A stretch of DNA of 57,405 bases from Candidatus Kaiserbacteria bacterium (GTDB lineage: Bacteria; Patescibacteriota; Minisyncoccia; Phycocordibacterales; UBA2100). The stretch covers positions 1 to 57,405 of the forward strand of contig JACRFH010000010.1 of NCBI GenBank assembly GCA_016217975.1, given 5' to 3'. The position numbers and the translations under genes are program-made. Positions 42,199 to 49,877 of the stretch are shown here, piece by piece. The notes under the pieces were generated by a model, which saw nothing but the letters and a program-made list of their open reading frames with translations, did not search any database and had not been told where the DNA came from. Position 1 is the stretch's first letter; each line of letters starts with the position of its first letter.

Positions 42199-44705
42199 TA
42201 TTCAGCGGCGAGGAGGAGCGGGACTGGCCCGAATACGATGTAGCGATTATTGGGAGCGGGCCGTCAGGGATGACGGTGTTTACGGAGCTTGCAGCTTCGG
42301 GGCTGGAGGTGTGTGTGATTGAGACAGGGTCTGTAGCCCCGAGCGCTTTTGCCGACAAGCTCCGGAAGATTGAGAGCGAGGGAATCCAGGTGCGGGAGAA
42401 TTCGCGTGAGCGCATTGTGGGCGGCACATCGAAAACGTGGAATGGACTTTCCGCGCCACTCGACCCAATTGATTTCGAGAAGCGTCCGATTCCGTATCAC
42501 GAAGGATGGCCAATATCTTATTCAGACATTGAACCGTATCTGGAAGTGGCTGCACAGAGATATAGTTTTCCGGCGCCATCGGCGTTTGAGCCACGTATGT
42601 ATGTACCCAGCGACGCACCGTTTAATCCGCGGTGGGAATCGCTTGAAGAGAAAATCCTATTGAAGCAACCAAAGCCAACTCATTTTGGAAGAAAATATAA
42701 GTACGTCTTCGAGCCTGCGGGCCTTGATCTCATCACCGATGCAACGGTCACGAGTGTTGTTGCGGACGGAGGGGTTGTACGGGCCGCACGATGCGTCGCG
42801 TCAAACGCGACAAGATTTGAGATTCGTGCCAAGAAATTCGTGCTTGCCGCTGGTGGAATAGAGACGCCCCGCATTCTCCTCAATTCGAGTATCGGCAATG
42901 CGTACGATCAGGTCGGCAGATACATGATGAATCATCCGAAGGGATATATCGGGAAGATCTATTTTACAAAACCAGTTGCCGCAGACTCATTCTATTTTGG
43001 CGGGACGCACGGGTATTTCGTGGGCTACACGGGGCTGCGCTTGCGTGAGCGCGTGCAGAAAGAGAGCGGTGTGTTGAATGCGTACCTCCGTCTTGAATCT
43101 GAATTCCCATGGTCGAATCGCGCTTCGATCAAACACATTCGTGGAAGTGTGTCGAAATTACTCGCACTCTATCGCAACATCAAAAGCGGAGCATGGAGAG
43201 TCATTCCGCGAAATATTGTTTCGCTTATCAAGGAAGGTTTTCTCGCACTCGTATACCTTCCCCAATTGGTATGGGTCGGGATAATTTCGCTTCCGCACGT
43301 TGTACGCCCTGGGGTGCGCGTAGCACGAGCGCGCTGCTTCCTCGAAATGGAGCCGAATCCAGACAATCGCGTGGTCCTGTCGGATGAGAAAGATGCACAT
43401 GGAGAAAAGATCGCACGCGTGGTGCACGCCACTACCGAACGCGATATCGCGTCGCTGGATTCGCTTCTTACATCGTTTGCCGGTGAGTGCACAAAGCTCG
43501 GGATCGGGACATTCACGCGCTCGCCCGGAAATCTTGTCGATCTTGCGGGCCATGATGCAAGCCATCATATGGGCGCCACACGAATGGGACGCGATCCAAA
43601 GACGTCCGTCGTCGATTCGGACATGCGGGTGCATGGAATCGAGAATCTCTACATCACTGGCGGGTCGGTGTTTCCGACGAGTGGCAACGCAAATCCGACG
43701 TACACCATGGTCGCGCTCTCAATTCGTCTTGCCAAGCATCTGAAGAATCTTTTCAAAGTTCACGCTAGCGGTAAAACTGCGACAGGGAAGCCGATACTCA
43801 TTTTTGGTGCCGGCAGACGTATTACGACTGATGTGATTGGAGTGCTCGAGGTGCTTCCGGATGCTTTCCGCATTACAAAAGTCTTTGCGAGAAGACCGAG
43901 CGCACTGTTCACTCGAAATGCCACGTACCTTGTCCATCCAGTCGCAGAACTCTCTCCGCGCGATATCGCGGATACCACATACCTCTATATGGCTGTACCG
44001 CATGTCGGGATAGAAAATGCACTCCGCACGGTGACGCAGCATGATTGCTCGCATATCGAACTCATCATCGATACGCCCGCATTTCCGCTCGATCCGAAAT
44101 TGTATCGCGCGTTCAAGCACGTCCACGTAGCGGAAGATAGCGTTACGCTTCCATGGCTCGAGACTGTGCGTGCGGCCAAAGACTCAATTGGCCCTATTCG
44201 CTCGATCATTATCGATCGATCGGCTAATCGGCACCACGCCATCTCGCTTGTGAAAGCTCTTGCGGGGCAGGTCCGATTTGCTCTCAAATGGGGCGATCGT
44301 ATCTCAATTTCGTGCCGAAATGGTGTCCGCGCACTCGTGATCGAGCCGCGAGATTATAAAAAGGGAACACTCACGATTCGTGGGCAGATGCAGACTCTCG
44401 GCGATCGTGCGCGCGCGGGCGTGGTCGCGATCGAACCGCTTTGTGAAAAAGAATATTGCACCGGATTCAAGATAGGGAATATCGAAACGAAGCTTACACC
44501 AGTAGAATCCGAGCTCGTTGGCAGATTTGGTCCAGAAGACACTGTCATTACAAAGATGCTTGAACTCAAGCGTGTGGGCCTCTACCGGATGCTCGCGCGT
44601 ATAGGAAAAGGCGAGGTCGTGTGGTCACTCGAAGCTGGCCTCGACGACTCACGCATTGACCGCGCTGTCCGCAAATTTGGGTTCTTTGGTTGGACCGAGG
44701 GTTAA
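42195..44705 (+). CDS. GMC-family FAD oxidoreductase fused to a C-terminal Rossmann-type domain
   Basis: YDVAIIGSGPSGMTVFTELAASGLEVCVIETG (FAD GxGxxG) and HHMGATRMG...VHGIENLYITGGSVFPTSGNANPTYTMVALSIRLA (GMC C-terminal signature). About 300 further aa begin KPILIFGAGRRITTDVIGVL. The ATG overlaps the ParE stop (ATGA). Confidence 0.7.
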   Translation: MIFSGEEERDWPEYDVAIIGSGPSGMTVFTELAASGLEVCVIETGSVAPSAFADKLRKIESEGIQVRENSRERIVGGTSKTWNGLSAPLDPIDFEKRPIPYHEGWPISYSDIEPYLEVAAQRYSFPAPSAFEPRMYVPSDAPFNPRWESLEEKILLKQPKPTHFGRKYKYVFEPAGLDLITDATVTSVVADGGVVRAARCVASNATRFEIRAKKFVLAAGGIETPRILLNSSIGNAYDQVGRYMMNHPKGYIGKIYFTKPVAADSFYFGGTHGYFVGYTGLRLRERVQKESGVLNAYLRLESEFPWSNRASIKHIRGSVSKLLALYRNIKSGAWRVIPRNIVSLIKEGFLALVYLPQLVWVGIISLPHVVRPGVRVARARCFLEMEPNPDNRVVLSDEKDAHGEKIARVVHATTERDIASLDSLLTSFAGECTKLGIGTFTRSPGNLVDLAGHDASHHMGATRMGRDPKTSVVDSDMRVHGIENLYITGGSVFPTSGNANPTYTMVALSIRLAKHLKNLFKVHASGKTATGKPILIFGAGRRITTDVIGVLEVLPDAFRITKVFARRPSALFTRNATYLVHPVAELSPRDIADTTYLYMAVPHVGIENALRTVTQHDCSHIELIIDTPAFPLDPKLYRAFKHVHVAEDSVTLPWLETVRAAKDSIGPIRSIIIDRSANRHHAISLVKALAGQVRFALKWGDRISISCRNGVRALVIEPRDYKKGTLTIRGQMQTLGDRARAGVVAIEPLCEKEYCTGFKIGNIETKLTPVESELVGRFGPEDTVITKMLELKRVGLYRMLARIGKGEVVWSLEAGLDDSRIDRAVRKFGFFGWTEG

Positions 44706-44720
44706 CACAGAGTCAGTGAG

Positions 44721-44760
44721 ATATAGCACAGATTCCACGGCCGTGGAATCTGTGCTATAT
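44721..44760. repeat. 40-bp hairpin repeat, copy 3 (perfect palindrome)
   Basis: ATATAGCACAGATTCCACGGCCGTGGAATCTGTGCTATAT equals its own reverse complement. It lies 15 nt after the stop of the GMC fusion gene. Confidence 0.85.
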
Positions 44761-44787
44761 CGAAATATGACATGCCGCGTCCATACA

Positions 44788-44815
44788 TTGCCGAAGCCAG
44801 TTTTTAGGCTAGAAT
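44788..44815 (+). promoter_or_regulatory. sigma70-like promoter (TTGCCG - 16 nt - TAGAAT)
   Basis: The -10 at 44810-44815 lies 8 nt before the ATG at 44824, with no Shine-Dalgarno sequence. Confidence 0.45.
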
Positions 44816-44823
44816 CAAGCCTC

Positions 44824-45150
44824 ATGGAACTTTCGGCGATCTTGGGCTGGACGGCTACAGCCCTCTTTACGTTCTGCTACATCCCGCAGATCTATAAGAC
44901 CGCGAAAACGCAGACGGTGGATGGCCTAAGTTTCTGGCTCCTGTTCATCTCCTTCATCGCCAATATCGTTGCACTTTGGTACGCATTCCTCATCAATCAG
45001 GCACCCCTCCAGGTAAAATATGTAGGTGGTCTCATCTTTCTTGGGATCTGTCTCTATTTGTACTGGAGAGTCGCCCGATCATCCAAGCGCGCAGTGCTTC
45101 CTGGAGATGTGAATCGCGAGACGAGCACTATCATCGCCGGAGATAATTAA
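44824..45150 (+). CDS. PQ-loop / SemiSWEET-like small membrane transporter
   Basis: Internal ATG at 44824. LGWTATALFTFCYIPQIYKTAKTQTVDGLSFW contains the PQ motif. Three hydrophobic helices in about 108 aa. Confidence 0.6.
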   Translation: MELSAILGWTATALFTFCYIPQIYKTAKTQTVDGLSFWLLFISFIANIVALWYAFLINQAPLQVKYVGGLIFLGICLYLYWRVARSSKRAVLPGDVNRETSTIIAGDN

Positions 45151-45154
45151 ATCT

Positions 45155-45679
45155 ATGATCATCGTCTCAAATCATTTGTTTAATACGACCGATCTCTTAT
45201 TCCCACGAAATGTCGTCGTGCGGGTGAATCTTGCATGGATCAAAGATTTGGAAACCGCACATTCGGTTCTGAAGAAAATAAAGCACGATGTGTACCTCGA
45301 TTATCCGCAAGGGCGCACGCGACCACCGAAGCCCAAACTCAAACTTTCCGACGCAATCAATCTCGCGAAGAAATACAAGAACGTTAAATTCTTCGCAGTC
45401 TCAAATATTGAAGATCCGGTGATGGCAAAAAAGATACGCGACACGATACCGAGCCGTATTGAATTTGTCCCGAAGATCGAGACAAAGCGCGGTGTCATGA
45501 ATATGCTCGCCATCATTAAAGCAGCGCGAGTAAAGCACGCAATGCTCGACAAAGAAGATCTTTATAGAGATGTATACCGAGATGTTGCCGCTTACGAAAA
45601 ACTCATCGCTGAAGCAAGAATGCGCGCGGCCGAATTTAACGTTGCACTCCTAGAATTGCGCGGAGTTGTCTTTGCATAG
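45155..45679 (+). CDS. hypothetical protein resembling a minimal pyruvate-kinase barrel
   Basis: VVRVNLAWIKDLETAH, YLDYPQGRTRP, KFFAVSNIEDPVMAKKIRD and FVPKIETKRGVMNMLAIIKAARVKHAMLDKEDLYRDV are collinear with PK blocks (RLNFSHG, LDTKGPEIR, ALSFV, KIENxxGvxN...ARGDLGxE), but the protein is only 174 aa. Confidence 0.4.
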   Translation: MIIVSNHLFNTTDLLFPRNVVVRVNLAWIKDLETAHSVLKKIKHDVYLDYPQGRTRPPKPKLKLSDAINLAKKYKNVKFFAVSNIEDPVMAKKIRDTIPSRIEFVPKIETKRGVMNMLAIIKAARVKHAMLDKEDLYRDVYRDVAAYEKLIAEARMRAAEFNVALLELRGVVFA

Positions 45680-45680
45680 C

Positions 45681-46511
45681 ATGAAAGCTGTCTTCATTCT
45701 TAGTTGCGGTCATAGTGGATCGACACTTTTGGACATACTTCTTGATAGCCATTCGTCGGTCGTCGGCGTCGGCGAGATGCATGGAGCGAAACCGAATCGG
45801 CCATGTACCTGTGGACGTCGCGCCGGTGATTGCGAAGTTTGGCGGGACGCGCTTGGTGCCGAACCATGGCAGCGCCGAGAAATCTATCGTCCCAAACTCT
45901 CATACTTGCTCGGGCGGGGACCATACTTCTATTCGATAGGAAAGAAGCCTGTGGATGATGCGGAATTTACAGGCGCCACGATGCGAGCGTATGCACAGCT
46001 CCTAAAGCGATTTAATGCCTCAATTATTGTTGATTCGTCAAAAGAAGTGGAGCGTGCGGAACTAATAGCACGTGATCCAAACGTCGAGGTAATCATAATC
46101 CATCTCGTGCGCGATGGACGAGGAACGACGTGGTCGTATATACGTAAATACAAGAAACTCATCCCATATTTATTTATGTGGTTTCTGTCGAACGTCAAAA
46201 TCGAGATATTCAAGCGTCGCTTCAAGCGTCGCATTCTATTTCTCCGATATGAAGATCTCGCAGACAATCCGGAAGCGACACTTCGCAAGCTATGCGAGAA
46301 AATCGGGATTCCATTCGAGCCCGCGATGCTTGAATTCGATAAAAAAGAGCATCATCAGATCGAGGGCAATCGTATGCGTTTTGTGCCAGGGCACGCAATT
46401 CATCGAGATGACAAATGGCGGCATGATATGCCGCTCTGGCTTCGCGCGCTCTTCACCCTATGCTTTGGCTGGCTCAATGCTTTCTATGCACATAAGGAAT
46501 CGCTCGTATAA
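45681..46511 (+). CDS. sulfotransferase-family protein
   Basis: FILSCGHSGSTLL (5'-PSB-like P-loop), IIIHLVRDGRGTTWS (3'-PB-like) and FLRYEDL. ATG at 45681, 1 nt after the upstream stop. Confidence 0.7.
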   Translation: MKAVFILSCGHSGSTLLDILLDSHSSVVGVGEMHGAKPNRPCTCGRRAGDCEVWRDALGAEPWQRREIYRPKLSYLLGRGPYFYSIGKKPVDDAEFTGATMRAYAQLLKRFNASIIVDSSKEVERAELIARDPNVEVIIIHLVRDGRGTTWSYIRKYKKLIPYLFMWFLSNVKIEIFKRRFKRRILFLRYEDLADNPEATLRKLCEKIGIPFEPAMLEFDKKEHHQIEGNRMRFVPGHAIHRDDKWRHDMPLWLRALFTLCFGWLNAFYAHKESLV

Positions 46512-46570
46512 GAATCTCAATAAGAATCTCAAACTAGCAGGAGTGTGACTGACATAGTATTATCGCGCTC

Positions 46571-48214
46571 ATGCGAAAGGATTTAGAGAATAGCAATATC
46601 GCGCGCCTGCCGCGCCTCACCTTGACGGCGCGCCAGCTTGCTGACCTCGACCAGATACTCGTGGGCGGGTTTGCTCCCTTGACTGGATTTCTGGAAGAAA
46701 AGGATTACAAATCTGTCGTCGAGAATATGCGTCTCGCAAATGGGACGTTATGGCCGATCCCCATCGTTCTCGACGTCTCACGCGATCATGGAAGGAAAAA
46801 GGGAGAGAAAATCATTTTGTGCGATCAATTCGGGAATCCAATAGCATTCTTCACGGTTACTTCTATCTACGAGCCCGACAAGGAAAAAGAAGCTCGGCTA
46901 GTCTACGGCACGGAAAATATCGAACATGCCGGAGTAAAGTACTTGTTTGAAGATACTGGCGACGTATATCTTGGGGGACCCGTCGAATTGATAGCATACG
47001 CGCCAGTGTATGATTTCAAAGAACTGCGATTTACGCCCCAAGATCTGAAAGCGCATTTCAAGAAAAAGAAACAAAAGAAAATCCTCGCGTTTCAGACGAG
47101 AAATCCAATTCATCGCGGTCATTTCGAAGCTATCAAACGTGCGGCCAAAGAGTCGGGCGCACATGTGCTTATTCATCCTGTGGTGGGCCCTACCAAGGAG
47201 GGCGATATCGACTACATATCCCGAGTAAGAAGCTATGTACGACTCGTGCAAAGCCGTATGAAAGACTTTGCGACATTGGCACTTCTTCCAATTGCGATGC
47301 GTATGGCGGGTCCGCGTGAGGCCTTATGGCATGCGATCATCCGCAAAAATTACGGCGCCACGCACTTTATCGTGGGACGCGATCACGCGGGGCTGCGGGA
47401 CCTTTCAGGCAAGTCTTTTTACGGTGTGCATGATTCTCTGAATACTGCAAAGAAACTCGAGACGGAACTCGGAATATCGATTGTCCCAATGAAAGAATTG
47501 GCCTATGTGGAGAAAGAAGATCTGTATCTGGCATCCGATGAACTTAAGCCCCATCACAAAACAAAGATTCTCTCAGGATCAGATTTTAGGAAGATGCTGT
47601 ATGCCGGTGAGCCTATTCCGACATGGTTTGCATTTCCAGAAGTAGTAGCGGAACTTAAGAAAGCAATGGAAAAAACCAGACGGCTTGGTGCGGTCATTTT
47701 CTTTACCGGTCTCTCTGGGGCCGGGAAATCTACCATGGCGCACATGCTCTATCACAAGCTCTTGGAATCATATGATCGCTCAGTAACGCTTCTCGATGGC
47801 GATGTGGTGCGGCAAAATCTATCCAAGGGATTGACGTTTAGTCGTGCTGATCGAGACGAGAACATCAAGCGTATCGGCTATGTAGCAAGTGAGATTGCCA
47901 AGCATGGCGGCATTGCAATATGCGCTGCGATTGCGCCTTTTAAGGGTGCGCGAGAGCATAACCGTAAACTTATCGCAAAAAATGGCACCTATATCGAGAT
48001 CTATGTCTCGACACCGATCGCGGTATGCGAGAAACGCGACCGAAAGGGATTGTATAAAAAGGCGCGAGCAGGGCTCCTTAAGGGCTTTACGGGAATTGAT
48101 GATCCATACGAGATTCCCAAACATCCCGAGCTTACATTGGACACATCAAAGATGACATCAGAAAAGTCAGTCGAAAAAATAATCGATCTCTTGAAGCGCC
48201 AAGACATCATTTAA
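46571..48214 (+). CDS. bifunctional sulfate adenylyltransferase / adenylylsulfate kinase
   Basis: FQTRNPIHRGH and HFIVGRDHAG (ATP sulfurylase). The C-terminal IFFTGLSGAGKST...LDGDVVR is the APS kinase P-loop and DGD motif. Confidence 0.85.
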   Translation: MRKDLENSNIARLPRLTLTARQLADLDQILVGGFAPLTGFLEEKDYKSVVENMRLANGTLWPIPIVLDVSRDHGRKKGEKIILCDQFGNPIAFFTVTSIYEPDKEKEARLVYGTENIEHAGVKYLFEDTGDVYLGGPVELIAYAPVYDFKELRFTPQDLKAHFKKKKQKKILAFQTRNPIHRGHFEAIKRAAKESGAHVLIHPVVGPTKEGDIDYISRVRSYVRLVQSRMKDFATLALLPIAMRMAGPREALWHAIIRKNYGATHFIVGRDHAGLRDLSGKSFYGVHDSLNTAKKLETELGISIVPMKELAYVEKEDLYLASDELKPHHKTKILSGSDFRKMLYAGEPIPTWFAFPEVVAELKKAMEKTRRLGAVIFFTGLSGAGKSTMAHMLYHKLLESYDRSVTLLDGDVVRQNLSKGLTFSRADRDENIKRIGYVASEIAKHGGIAICAAIAPFKGAREHNRKLIAKNGTYIEIYVSTPIAVCEKRDRKGLYKKARAGLLKGFTGIDDPYEIPKHPELTLDTSKMTSEKSVEKIIDLLKRQDII

Positions 48215-48215
48215 T

Positions 48216-48992
48216 ATGCCGAATATAGAAGATGTAATCGACGTAGTAAAAGAAGCAGGCGCGGCGGCTCTAGCACTTCAAGAAGGTGCTATTCGCGAAG
48301 CAAAGAAAGATGGGGAGGCAGTTTCTGCCGCGGACCGTGCGTCTGATTTGGTACTTCGACGCAGTCTCGAGAAATTCGGCTTTCCCATTTTTTCTGAAGA
48401 GTCACAAGGCGAAGCAGGGATGCCGGATACACGGTGGATCATTGATCCTCTCGACGGTACCTTACCTTTCCTTGAAGGCTCGTCAGGATGGACGGTAATG
48501 GTTGGTTTTGCGCGCGATGGACTACCGATTTTGGGGGTCGTATATTCACCGCCTCTTCAAAAACTCTGGTATAGCGATGGGGCAGGAGCGTATTGTGAAC
48601 TCGGAAGCAAAAAGAAATCCATATGTGTATCAAGTCGTACAGATCCACATGGCGCCATTATGGTTGAGAGTATCTTTCACCATGAGGGAGATATGGATTC
48701 TGTCACACGCGCGCTTGGTGCGATAAAGACCCCTATGCACGGTGCTGGCTCCAAAATTTGCGCTGTTGTCGAAGGGGAAGCAGATATGACATGGTCTCCT
48801 GGAGCGCTGGGCCAGTGGGACCTGTGTGCACCGCACGCCATTCTTGAGGCAGCCGGTGGAATACTCACAGATACATTTGGCAAACCAATACAATATCAAG
48901 GGTCTTCTCGCACCGAAGGGTTCGCGGCCTCGAACGGTAAACTTCATCCCGCACTTATTTCCGCAATACAAACGATTCGAGCAAAGGGCTAG
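48216..48992 (+). CDS. CysQ-like 3'(2'),5'-bisphosphate nucleotidase (IMPase family)
   Basis: FSEES, WIIDPLDGT and WDLCAPHAILEAAGG motifs. Immediately downstream of the PAPS synthase gene. Confidence 0.7.
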   Translation: MPNIEDVIDVVKEAGAAALALQEGAIREAKKDGEAVSAADRASDLVLRRSLEKFGFPIFSEESQGEAGMPDTRWIIDPLDGTLPFLEGSSGWTVMVGFARDGLPILGVVYSPPLQKLWYSDGAGAYCELGSKKKSICVSSRTDPHGAIMVESIFHHEGDMDSVTRALGAIKTPMHGAGSKICAVVEGEADMTWSPGALGQWDLCAPHAILEAAGGILTDTFGKPIQYQGSSRTEGFAASNGKLHPALISAIQTIRAKG

Positions 48993-49034
48993 AAGCGTTT
49001 TGAGCTTCGGGAAGCTCGGTGTATCGTGTCTTCT

Positions 49035-49859
49035 ATGGCTGAGAAGAGTGCGCAGAAAAAGCCCACATGGGTCGCCGTTTCCGGGGGATTTGATCCTTTG
49101 CATATTGGTCATGTACGGATGTTTGAGGCCGCGAAGAAGCTTGGCGATAAGCTCGTGGTAATTCTCAATAACGACAACTGGCTACGGGACAAGAAGGGAT
49201 TTTCTTTTATGCCAGAGAAGGAGCGCAAAGAGATCATCGAGATGTTTCCGTTTGTGGATTCGGTCGTGATAAGTGATCACAAGCTGGTCGATGCCGATCG
49301 GAGCGTCGTTCGAATGCTCAAAAAGATCCGGCCAGCAGTCTTTGCCAATGGTGGCGATCGAGACAAGAAAGATGCGGGGATAAAAGCATCGTCTCTGAAT
49401 CCTGAGCAAGAGCTATGCAAGAAGCTTGGTATTAAACTTGTTTTCAATGTAGGTCGTGGCGGCAAGGTGCAGTCGTCGTCGTGGATGATAGACGAGGCGA
49501 GTCGGCACACGAGGAGAAGCGTGCGACCGTGGGGAGATTTCTATGGGTGGGATTCTGGAAAGACATGGTATGTGAAGACTATCTATGTGAAGCCAGGGAA
49601 GCGTTTGAGTTTGCAATATCACAAGAACCGCTCGGAACGATGGGTACTCGTTGAAGGGGACGCGACGGCGGTTATCATCGAGAACGGGAAGACTGTGGAG
49701 ACACCGCTCAAGGTCGGGGAGACATTCATGGTCGAGAAGGGGACGACGCACCGTCTCACGTCAGAGAAAGGAGGGATTCTCGTAGAAGTCGCGGTGGGAA
49801 GCTCGTTTGATGAAAATGATATCGTTCGCATTGATGATGATTTTGGCAGGAAGTCCTAA
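49035..49859 (+). CDS. fusion of a cytidylyltransferase-like (HxGH) nucleotidyltransferase and a PMI-type cupin
   Basis: VAVSGGFDPLHIGHVRMFEAAKKLG (HIGH motif). C-terminal RPWGDFY...VKTIYVKPGKRLSLQYHKNRSERWVLVEGDA...GTTHRL (cupin). Confidence 0.7.
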   Translation: MAEKSAQKKPTWVAVSGGFDPLHIGHVRMFEAAKKLGDKLVVILNNDNWLRDKKGFSFMPEKERKEIIEMFPFVDSVVISDHKLVDADRSVVRMLKKIRPAVFANGGDRDKKDAGIKASSLNPEQELCKKLGIKLVFNVGRGGKVQSSSWMIDEASRHTRRSVRPWGDFYGWDSGKTWYVKTIYVKPGKRLSLQYHKNRSERWVLVEGDATAVIIENGKTVETPLKVGETFMVEKGTTHRLTSEKGGILVEVAVGSSFDENDIVRIDDDFGRKS

Positions 49860-49877
49860 GTCGTGATTGATTATCGC

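Noticed and set aside
44656-44823. N-terminal extension of the PQ-loop ORF (164-aa version)
   Set aside because: The extension overlaps the end of the GMC fusion gene and reads straight through the 40-bp palindrome and the promoter-like hexamers. The ATG at 44824 gives a protein of SemiSWEET size. A start at 44767 (MTCRV...) cannot be fully excluded.
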